Shown here: one piece after another, positions 52,528-64,000 of the stretch
Layout of the letters: each line of letters begins with the position of its first letter
Position numbering within the stretch: position 1 is the first letter of the stretch
Origin: Welwitschia mirabilis
Taxonomy: Eukaryota
DNA: 64,000 nt
Assembly: GCA_051453625.1 (NCBI GenBank)
Contig: JBOZIK010000001.1
Span: 5,874,382-5,938,381 of the forward strand
Direction: 5' to 3'
Position numbers and translations under genes: made by a program
The notes under the pieces: generated by a model
Seen by the model: the letters and a program-made list of their open reading frames with translations, nothing else
What the model was told of the DNA's origin: nothing
Database searches by the model: none

Positions 52528-53156
52528 GTTCTTTCTCAAAATAATATACAATATTTGAGTTAAAATACACATACAACATGATTAAAGTAAAGAAATCCAT
52601 AATAATTTTAAGTTTACTTAATATTATATAGATAATCATTAAAATAAAAATGTTGCTAACATCAATTAGGTTTCATATAGCATTTATTCATTTACCATAT
52701 GAGTAAATCATTTTTCACAAGTTTTCATTTTTAAAACTAATATAACTAATCCAATTTTATGCTTATGAATGAGTTTTTACAATTAGTAACTAACAAAAAC
52801 TTACTAGTGCATCTCTACTTCATAGGAAGATTTTTAAAGTATAAGGGTCTTTAACATAAAAGTTTTCTTAGTTTCTAAATTTTAGTCTTAATCATATACA
52901 TGTAGTGTAATGTAGTATAAGATGATATTAGAATCTTGGAGTGAATATTTATTTTCTACAATGCTTACCATGAAGAGATCAAATTTGATATGCTATTATA
53001 GAGATTCCTCCACTTCAATCTATTTTTAATAAAAAACTTAGTAAGGGTACCTAGCAAATTAATGTATTATAATTAAATTAAGTGAATTCTCATAGTTTTA
53101 GATGTTAGTTTAAATAAATCTTAAATATTTACATTATTCAAATTCAGATTTTTACA

Positions 53157-53201
53157 AACACACACACATACGAGCACTCGCGCNNNNNNNNNNNNNNNNN
53201 N

Positions 53202-53246
<45 letters not shown>
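53157..53246. repeat. (CA)n / (GA)n microsatellite
   Basis: Directly visible, with a small N gap. Confidence 0.9.
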
Positions 53247-53249
<3 letters not shown>

Positions 53250-54819
53250 AAAAAATCTTTGAAACTTAAATTTAAACAAATGATTATTGTTAAGGCTCAA
53301 AATCTTAATATCATCATGAAGAAATACCTTAAATAATTAGAATCAAATAATATAGTTAAATATGAGTTTTTTAAGAAATTTATATATCCTTATCTCATAA
53401 AATAAAATAAAGTTATTATGTTTAGAACTTTTCCTCAGAATATATTTGTCATGAATGGTTTTCTATCTTTATTTTTTAATATAATAATTTTTAAAGGATT
53501 TCTTATAATTCATCTAAGTTATTCTTTATAAATTATAAATATTCATTATGGTTATGATAAAGATATATCACTCCTCAAAAAACTTTATATTTAATTTCAA
53601 TATAAATATGATAAGATTTTCCAAAAACAATTCTATAAGGATACATTATAATTGATGTTTTATCAGAGAGATTACTAAGATGAAGTGTTTAATATTTTTA
53701 ATTAGAATTTCACCATTTTTGATAAAATATCCTTAATTCACGATTTATAACTTGTACTTAACCACTATTGTTTGAAGAATTTAAAGCTACAACTTCATGT
53801 AGAATACCGCATTTAGTTAGTAAAGTTTACTAATCATTCTTGGTATATTTTAAAACAAATCAATTAGATGAGTAACTGTAATGTGTTACTTGTGTCTTAT
53901 ATGATTAAATATAGAACACTATAGGAAAATTTCATACTCTTTGATAGTATTTTGATTGCATAATTAATAAATAGATTCTTCTCAATTAATCTTGGGATAT
54001 CTTCCTATTTCAAATCTTAGAAAATGAGATCCCATCATTTTTCCTTTGCTAATTACATGCTACAAAGATTAAGCACTAACAATTGTTAGGTGGTTTGCCT
54101 TTATATTGAGATCTCCTATGATGTTGTTTAGGTATAAAATTTTATTTCCTGTTATTATATTTGGTTTTATAATTTTTTAGACATATTTAGTTTTAAAATA
54201 GAAAATATTCTCTCAAATATTCAATTCATCAAGTCATAAAAATCCATTAAAAACTTTACTCTTTGTGGTTGTTATTTATTATTACTAGAAAAAGATTATG
54301 AGTATATGCTATAAAGTAATGAATAGATTTAAGGAATCTTCTCTAATTCAAGTATAATAATATAAAAATTGATATTTATTTCTTCACTATGAATTCCTCT
54401 AAAAAGAACAACGTTTCAATGTATCTTATGTTTTTATAGTATTTATCACTAGAATAAGATCATAAATAACACATTCATAAAGAATAATTAATTGAAGAAT
54501 AAGATGATAGAATTACTTTTAAATTTTCTGACCTAAAATAAATTTCTTATTGTATTTTATTTTTAAGATAAATAAGGTTTTTATTCTACTTATAGCCTTT
54601 TGAAAAACCAATTTGTTCCTTTATAATTACATAAGCATTAATTTATCCCTTTGCAATTGCATAAGCATTCTAGACTAAGGTGTTTATAAAAGAAAATTAT
54701 ATTCAAATTCCTATTTCTTCTAGTATATTCATCATCACTTGTGTTTTTATACCTCCCAGTTATCAGTTATCAGTTAATGATAAGTCAGCCTCATCCCATA
54801 TGCCTAACATAGTAATGAT

Positions 54820-57800
54820 TTTGTAGGATAAATTAGATGCCTTAGACCTAAAATTTGAACATACTACTATAGGCAAGAAAAACATCAAAAGAACAAGTCA
54901 AGATTCAAAATTATTGGAATATTAAATTATGAAATAATTAAATTAAAATTGCTAAAAATCTTAAAGTAGTTAATTAGCATTTTCTAGATGGTCAATTACA
55001 TGATGCAAGAAATGTACAAGATTCAGCTAGTATTTGACCATATTTTATAGAGGGGTTGTCCATATAGAATTGACTGGGTTCATTTAGAGTGTTAACCATT
55101 TAACCTATTAATTACCATCATAACTTTAGGGGCCAACCTATTTCAATAAGTAGCTGATTGCCTTCCACAAAGAAATTATTTTTGGATTGACTAGTACATT
55201 AAAGGAGTAGATTATTAGTCTAATAGTAATTAAAATTATAGCCATTATGGACTATTGATAATTATTAGAATAGCATGTTACAAAGGTAAATAATCATTTT
55301 TATGTTTTCAATTGTTAAATTACTCATTACCTTAATCTATAATAGCTAGAATCTCTTTGGTATAAATAATTTATCTATTTTAGTAAATAGGATCTTTTTA
55401 AAAATTCATTATATCATTCTTTTAAGCATATTCAATACTTCTATTGTATATTTCTACTATCTTTAATTACTTTATACTAAATTAGAAAAGTAAGCTAAAT
55501 TGACTTGTAGTTATGATTGAGGCTTACTAAAGATCCCAATTATACTAGTAGAGAACTATTACAGCTTTTCTATGGATGTATGGTTAGATGTTACACTTGG
55601 AGTAAAGGAAAATAGGCTTGTTTTCATTACCTTGTATTCAATGCTCTTTATGATTTAAATAAATTAATGTGATTAACTATTATATGCATGATTAATCATA
55701 TGCATCATCATCAAGACTAATTTACCACTAATTATTATTTAATTAGATGATAGATTACATTATGTGAACTTAGGGTTAAACATTTAAATTGTAAAAATTA
55801 CCTTAGATATTCTATTCATTCCTCTCCTCTAGGATAGTCAATACTAATAAATAGTATTATATTTTTAGTGTAGAGACTTTTTTTTTTTTAGATTATTTAA
55901 TTATTTGATAGGACATCTGTTATGGAAGGTCAACCCACTAACCCTCCATACTACTTTACCTATGATAATTATGTGTTTTGAAAGATAAGGATGCAAATCT
56001 TTATTAAAATTATGAGTTTAAACTACTAGAAAATTGTAGAATAAGGATTTGACCCCTCAAGGAGCCTCAAATACTATATGGGATTACTATCTTTATGGTT
56101 AAGCAAAGGAGTACATGAGAGTATAAAGAAAAAAAATGAGACAATGTTTAATAAGAAGGTGATAAAAGAAACATGTTATAGACTAAATGTAAAGGACTAA
56201 AAAAAAAAGTAAGAAACTTTACTATTATAAAAGAGATATCAAAAGACTTTCAAGTAACATATGAAGAAATAAATCAAATCAAAAAAGACCAAAGGAAAAA
56301 AAATGCTCATAATATAATTTGAGCAAATTTGAATGCAAGATAAAACCTTCATAAGATTTAATAACAAAATCATGGATATTGTCAATGGACTTTGAAAAGT
56401 CAGAGAATCTCATAAATCAAGTTAAATTGCTAATAATATACTGAGATCATTTTTAAAATTTTATGAGAATAAAGTCTTATTAATTGAAGACATAAAGAAC
56501 GTTGATAACTTTAAGCTAGAAGAATTGGTAAGTGATATTTTAATATTTAAGCTCTTTGACATCTTCATAAAGGTAACAAAGGTAAAGGTATGACTCTTAA
56601 GATTAAAAAAATTGCATGTAGAAATAAAAATGATGACTCACGTAGTTCCTCATCTTCCTATTCTAATTCTAATGTAGAAAATTCAAGAATATGTTGGCGG
56701 AATAAAAAGTAAAAATAGGAGAGATCATGGTACAACATATTCAAGCTCAAATTGCAACACAAAAAAAGAGTATCCAGTGCTATAATTATAAAGAATTTGA
56801 ACACATAAAAAGTAAGTGTTCAAATAACATAAACAAGATGACATTGAGAAAATCTAGTAAGAAATGCAATATGAACACTTAGAATAATGATGAGTTAGAT
56901 TGGGAAGATATTCATTATAATAAGAGACTATCACTTATGGTATTTACCTCATCTGATGTATTAATCATCTCAAAGATAAATGATGATTTTGAATTTTATT
57001 AGATTAATCCTCATGAGTTAGAATTGGGTGATGTACCAAGTCTTGATTTTAGTTAAGAAATTAATGGAGAAGAGGATTAGTTCTCTAACATTAAAGAAAA
57101 TCATATAATAACCAAAGAATAAAAGATCAAAGAAGATAAGGATGTTCATGGACATGAAGAAGATCTAATGAATGCATACTAAGAACTCTTTGAAGAAAGC
57201 AAGAAAATTCTAAAAGTGAATTCTAACTTGAAGTAAGATGTAGTCCAATATGAACAAGATAAAAATAAGTTAACATCAAAATTAGAGCTTGGAAAAAAGA
57301 ACTTAGGAGCTCAAGAATCCTACTTTTAGAAGAACATTAAATATCTTTAATACCTTATAAGAGAAGTAAAAGGCATGCAAGTTTCTACTTTAAAACTTGA
57401 TGATTAAATACAATTATTTCAAATTTTTTTATAGGTAATAGATCATTAGAGACTATGTTGTTTAAACAAAAAATAGTAAGTGACCAAAGTGGCTTAGGAT
57501 ATGTTTCACTACTTACATCATTTCTTGTACTTACCTTATCAAGTAAATCTTTCTTTTTTTTAAAGGGTAAAAGTTCAATGTCTACAAATGTCAAATTAGG
57601 TATTGCGTAACATTATTATTAAAATATTAAATTTAACAAAAAGAGTAGGAAATTTCTCATTTATCATTTTTATACTAGGTTGGTTTCATCATGCTAAAAT
57701 TAAATATCATTTTAGTAATGTAGTTTTTAGATTTGGTACTTTACCCAGTTATAAATGTATTAGAAAAAAAGCCAAACTTTGATATTAGATAGAGAACTGG

Positions 57801-60800
57801 TAAAGCTTATAAGATGTTTTTTAATTCACACTACTTAAATAGCTATTAATGATGTTAATTGGATCTTGATAATGGTTGCTTAAGGCACATGATAAAAGAC
57901 ACAATTAGATTTATAACTATGGAAAAATGTGATGGAGATTTTATGATCTTTGTGAATAATAACAATGAATTAGTGGAAGGTGTTGATACTATTTATGCCA
58001 AGGACTTTTCAATGATACACAATGTTCTTTATGTTAATGGATTGAAACACAATTTACTTAGCATGAGCCAAATTTGTAACAAAGTATGTACATATTGTTT
58101 AGTAATACTAATTGTCTTCTTTTAGATAGATAAAATAAAACTAATGCACTAGTGATAGATATGAAAATGTGTAGTTTATTAGATAATTCTTAAGCAAGAA
58201 ATATTTTATATTTTATGTCATCAAATAAGAGTAGTATTTTTCATAAATGGTTAAGACATGTCAACTACAAAAACCTTTATAACATTTCTAAACATGGTCT
58301 TATTAGATGTATTCCAACATTAACTAAAATTGAAGGATATTTCTATTATGCTTGCAAACTTAAAAAGAAAAAAAACTAGAAAGTGTTTCTTTAAAACTAA
58401 CCAAGTATCCTCTTAATAATAATTATACTTGATTCATCTTGATCTTGTAGGTACTACAGCTATAGAGAGTCCTGATGATAAGAAATATGTGTTGATTATT
58501 ATGAATGATTTTCAAGTTTTATAAGAGTGTTATTTTTTAGACATGAGAGTGAAGCTTTTTAAAAGTTTTAAATCTTGAGTATGATATTAGATAATAATAC
58601 TAGTTACAACATCAACAAGATGAGAAGTCATTGTGGAGGAGAACTTCAAAATGTGATGTTTGAATAATGGTAGGAGAAGAAAGGTATCATCCATGAGTTT
58701 TTATCCCCTATAACCCTATAAAAAAATGGTATTATAGAAAGGAATAATAGGATTCTATAAGATATGATTAGAATAATGATCCCAAGAAAACAATACAACC
58801 AAAAGATTTTAAGTTAAATCTTTCAACACAGCTTGGTACATATCAAATAACACTTTTCCTATACTAGGTATCTCAAAACCTCTTATGAGATATGCAAAGA
58901 AAAAAAATCCCAAATGTAATATATTTTAAAATATTTGGTAGTAAATACTATATTATAAATCATGATGATCATAGACTATAAATCATTTGAAGGCATCTTT
59001 CTTGGGTATTTCAAATCAAACAAAACTTAGAAGGTATTCAACCAAACTTTAGATAGAGTTGAGGAATGGGTATATGCTAGAATGGATGAAGTTAGATCTA
59101 CAAATGATAGTAAAGATAATGAAGTAGAGTTAATTTCTAATAGGATTAAATCAAATGCTCAAACCTCTACTTCCTCATCTTACCCTTCACCTCCATCACT
59201 TAAGGTATCCTCAACTATAACAAACCAAGAAATACTAAAAGAAATAATTATGACCAAGAACTCATTCATAGATTCTCTAATAGGTGATGTCTTTTATAAG
59301 ATAAAGACTAGAAGTTAAATTTATTCTAATGTGTATCATGTCTCTACATTAGAACCTAATTTCTTCAAAGAAGCTAAACAAGATAAATGTTAAATTAATG
59401 TCATGCAAAAAGAACTTAATCATTTTAAGAAAAATTATGTATGGAATCTTGTTCCAAAACGTCTAGGTCATAATGTTATTAAAATTAAACATTATGACCT
59501 TTAAAATTACACAGATCTTTAAAAATAGGCTAAATGAAGAGTCCTAAGTTGTAAGAAATAGAGGAAGGCTGATTACTCAAGGATACAAACAAATGGAAGT
59601 ATGATTTTAAGGAGACCTTTATGGTAGTAGCTATATTAGAATCCATTTACATCTTTCTTTTTCTATCTTGTTTTTACAATTTATCAAATTAATGTGAAAA
59701 GTACATTTTAAAATAATAACTTAAATGAACTTATTTTTGTATAACAACCCATCTTTGAGGAACTAAGGTATTTTAACCATACTTACAAGTTGAAAAAGGT
59801 CTTTTATAGACTTATACAAGTACCTAAAGCATAGTATAAAAAGCTAACTTCTTTTCTTTTAGTACATGATTTCATTAGAAGTAAAACTATTAGAAAGGTT
59901 AAATCTAATTTATTAGAAGGTTAGAAAGGTTATATCTCATGAATTTATCAACCTTGTGGATTTTAATTTTGAAATGAGCTATCTTGATGAGTGTGTTTAT
60001 AGCATAACAAAAATTTGTAAGTGAACTCATAAAGAAGTTTAAATTAGATCAATGCAAACTAGCATCCACACTCATGGGCATCAATTATAAAATATATACT
60101 AATAAAAAGCTAAGCAATAAGTTACTGATTACTAAAGTTCTAAGGAAACTTGATTTTGTCATCAAAATAATAAATTTTGAATAGTCTTTCTATAATAAAT
60201 CTTTTTTTAAAAATAAAAATTTTAAATTGTCTAGAACTAAGTTATAAGCATTTATTTGCTATCATTTATTCTATTGGATCTTTTAGTTTTTTTTTTCTCT
60301 ATTTTAATGGTTATAAGATTAATATAACAATATATGCAATGACTATAGTTCTATAACCATAGTGTATAGAAAATGTGTTAGACTGTAGATGAGCATGAAT
60401 GAAAGCTTACTTTACTTAATGGTAAGCCAATTATATATTACATTTATAGCGGGATTTGTGTAAAGTACCAATCTAAACCCAAAGAATCTAATGTCAGAGC
60501 TATTAAATAGCTCTTATGGCATCTTTATAGTACATTCAATGCTATTTTCATTTTAGTGGCCTAACTTCTCCATAGTATTCTAGCACAATCATCTCGACAG
60601 CTTCTTTTGCCAGGGGTCTGCTCATCCATCGTTGACAGCTTCTTGTCACGTAGTTAGTAGCTATGGATACATTCCTTGATTTGGATCAGATAGCAATTCT
60701 AGTTATTTTGTATTGTTCTCTTTTATTTACTATTTTCTATTACACTAATATGTTATATGTTATTCTTTAACAGTTTGCATCTCCCTTGTCCTTAATGATA

Positions 60801-62215
60801 TAAGAAAAGAGATAGTTATGCCATGTGACTTATTATATCACTTTTAACACTTTTTGTTATAAATTTACCTTTATATTTAGAAATGCCTTTCTCATTATCT
60901 ATTATAATATTTTTAATGCTTAATTTTAGTAAATAGAAGATAAATATTTTTATAGAAAATATTTATGTTAATAATATCATACTCTTGAAGTAGTTGCATA
61001 AGCCTTTATCATAAAATTAGTTTGAAATATTTCTTAAAATTATATCTTTTTTGATTTTTTAGAAATTAAACACAAAAGTTTATTTTACTATGAATTAGGT
61101 AAAAACTTAAGAGGAGCATCAATCTAGAGGGAGCTTATAGTATAAATTTGATTAGCATGAATGAGAAAGTAGAAGACTGTTGTACCTTCAAGTTTTCAAT
61201 TAACGATAATCTAAATCTCATCATATGTAACTAATGTAATAATTCTTTTGCAAGATAAATTGAACACCTTAAAGGTAAAACTAAAATGTACTATTAAAGT
61301 TAAGTAAGACATCAAAAGAATAATACAATAGTTATAGTTGTTAGAGATTAAACCATGCAACACCTAACGTAAACTTATGGAAAACCTTCAAGCAGTTGAT
61401 CAAGATTGTTCATGGGTAGACTGTATATTATTCAAGAAATGGGAATATATAACTAGTGGTCAATCAATATAAATTTAGGGGTTAACCACCTTTAGAGATA
61501 TTCATAAACATAACTCATGGGCTTGATTGATTCTAGTAGTGGTTAATCACCATTATTAAATAATTTCTTGAGGGGTTAATTGGTTTGTTGAAGAGATAAC
61601 CATTAGTGTAATAGTAAGTGAAAATATTGTTATGGATTATTGACAACCATTAAGATATCATATTATAAATCTAAACAACTATTTAAAACGTTTTACTAGT
61701 TAAATTCCTCATCATCTAGATGTATAATAACAAAAATATCTTTTGTATAAATAATTTTACTATTGTAGTGATTAGTACATTTTGTCAAATTCACTGCGAC
61801 ACTCTTTCAAGAATTCTTAATTCTTCACTTGCATTGGTTTATTACCTTGTAAAAGTAAGAAAAATAAATTAGCTTATACTTATGACTAGTAAGTACCAAA
61901 AAATCCCAATTATATTAGTGAAAAACTACAAAAAGTCCCATTGGAGTGTGGTCAAAGGCTATACTTTTAATAAAGAAAATAAGCTTCATTTCATTACATT
62001 ATGCTTTCCTTTTATATCTCAATAGTAATTTACTATTCTTCAATCTTTTAATCTTTGTTAAATATATAATCTAGTGTAAAACTTAGTTGTATATTTGATT
62101 TTCTTCTAAAATATTATAAGCTCCTTTATGCCATCATTGTATTTGACATTTAAATTGTCAAAATCATATAAGCTATCCTATTTATTCCTTCCCTCTAAGA
62201 TATTTAGTCCTAACA
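54820..62215 (+). mobile_element. Near-complete, very decayed Sirevirus-like copia element with both LTRs
   Basis: LTR ends ctattcattcctctcctctagga...ctaata (55849) and ctatttattccttccctctaaga...ctaaca (62215). Shared atcccaattata.tagt motif at ~55532 and ~61903. Decayed PBS tagtattata at 55852. Purine tracts agaggagc and agagggagc at 61110-61135. The 5' boundary is approximate. Confidence 0.8.
55922..60530 (+). pseudogene. Copia gag-pol remnant (gag, zinc knuckle, PR, INT, partial RT)
   Basis: MEGQPTNPPYYFTYDNYVF*KIRM; IQCYNYKEFEHIKSKC; DLDNGCLRHM; HKWLRHVNYK; LIHLDLVG; RSHCGGEL; NGIIERNNR; EPNFFKEAK; RNRGRLITQGY; YKLKKVFYRLIQVPKA; KYQSKPKESN. Confidence 0.9.
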
Positions 62216-64000
62216 TTCTAGATAAAAGAAAAATATCTCTTCATTAATACTAACTAACTCCTTTATGGGGTTGTTTTATTTATTATTTATATTATGATTT
62301 AAAAATAAATAACAAAGTAGTTCAAAGTTTTTTAGATGATCATAATCTTTTCTTAGATAACTTTCTTTTCATCTAAATTTTCCATATAATTATTTTTACA
62401 TTTTGAACACTATTTAAAAGCTACTACTAGAGGTTTCATCTCTAAACATTTGTTCTTAAAGAAATTTTTTATAATAATTCCTCAAGCTTGGAAACATTTG
62501 ATTTTTGAGAAAAAGTTTACTATGTAAGATTTACAACCAAATATAAGACCTTATCTATATAGATTGATAAGATATTTCAATTAGGTACTTTCTAGTTTAA
62601 AGATACCCAATACTAAATTCCTTATGAATATTAATCTCATTTGCAGATTTAAAATAGTTCTTTATAAATTATATTTTGTCTTTATTATTATCATTTTTTA
62701 AGCTAATGAATAAAAATTAAGGGTCAAATAGCACCAAATTTTGTTAAGATAATGGTTGCATTTGGTTAAGAAATGAGGACAATAGTATGAATGTCACCAA
62801 TGTAATTTTAGAAGATAAGAGATTTAAGGTTGTCCATCTCTTAAAAACTTTAACTAATAAAGTAGAAATAAATCTAGTAATTCCTTTATTAAAATTTATT
62901 AATATGCTTTACTGTTTGAGGGATCTAAAACCATCAATGTCCAATAAAAATACTTTATAATAGAAATCACTTATTTACCTCAACTCTTTTCTTCAAAACC
63001 ATCTTTGAAGATTCGATGAAGATCAAGAAGTTGTATCTTGGAATCATTTTAATGCATGAGTCCTTGAATACAAGTCAGCGTTGTATACTTATATGACCCT
63101 ACTTTTTGGATAAGTTCTATAATATCAAAATAATTACTGTTTTACACTTGAAAAATTTATCAGAGCAAATATAATGATGGCCCTACTATGTCATTTTAAA
63201 AGTTTCTTTGTCATCACTAAAACTCTTTTATATATCTTAAGTATTATGTTCTCTAATGCTAGAAATAAATCATTAAATAGATGATTGTTGAATGAGTTTT
63301 TTCTTATAGCTCACCATTCTTAAGATAGAATATAGGACCCTCATTATGCATGTAAACTCTTAGTGTAACACTAAAACTACATCTTCTATGACTAAGGATT
63401 TAGTTCTCACTTTTCAACCACTAAGTATGTTATGAAAAAATAGAGTAAGACTCCATAATAAGATCTTAAAATAACAAATAAAATATTTAACTTTCTACTA
63501 AGAACATATCAATAAAATGTAAAAATCATTATCTAATTTAACATATAATGTCGATTACTTTAGGCTTTGTCATTCTTATATTTTATTTTCTATTACACTA
63601 ACTAGTTTCAACAACATTGGAATGGCATAATCACTTGCAAAAGTTATTTTCTAGAGAGGACATTTGCATGATTTTTCTAAAAGGATGCAAAACTCTAGTA
63701 CCAACTCTAATGAAAGAGCATACCAATGAGAGTCTAAAAGCAATTTAGAATATATATATTTGTCTAAACATCCTTGATGAAACACCATATTTACCTAGGT
63801 AGGATCACTTAAGAAAGTAAGAAAGCTTAATAACTATAGTAATGGACACTATAAAAGGGCCATGGATGAGTAATAACATGATAAAGGAAGTGAGACATGG
63901 GGAATGACATTTTTGAAGGTGAAACGATAGTGTGATGAATTAGTCTTATGGGAGATATATGTAGCATATTATGCTTTCTTTCATATGGGGAAAATAATTA

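Noticed and set aside
50450..54800. Long AT-rich stretch searched for genes, TIRs and RNA genes
   Set aside because: Nothing was supportable beyond microsatellites; it is probably unrecognisably old repeat DNA.

Overview
This is AT-rich, repeat-dense plant nuclear DNA from a draft assembly with many N gaps. It is almost entirely a nest of decayed transposable elements, and no intact protein-coding gene, RNA gene or CRISPR array is visible. In order it contains: two minus-strand Sirevirus-like (Ty1/copia) gag/LTR copies (1-5.3 kb); a decayed copia RT-RNaseH element (5.3-8 kb); a near full-length dead L1-type LINE (9.4-13.7 kb); a third Sirevirus-like copy and a copia RT/RH fragment (13.8-17.4 kb); and four pieces of a non-autonomous Athila-like gypsy family that keeps only gag traces and the integrase GPY/F tail (17.4-35.9 kb). 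Among those pieces lies a CpG-retaining, gene-like island (29.6-31.5 kb) followed by a CACTA terminus (32.4 kb). Next come a Tekay/Del-like element with a ~4.5 kb LTR, only ~116 bp of internal sequence and a decayed ORF inside the LTR (36-42.4 kb); an Athila protease remnant (42.4-46 kb); and a near-complete dead plus-strand Sirevirus (54.8-62.2 kb). I found no demonstrable new biological system. The best leads are the giant-LTR mini-internal element, the possible CACTA-captured spliced gene fragment, and two non-autonomous retroelement architectures. All calls come from reading motifs by eye, and boundaries are approximate unless tied to a quoted motif.
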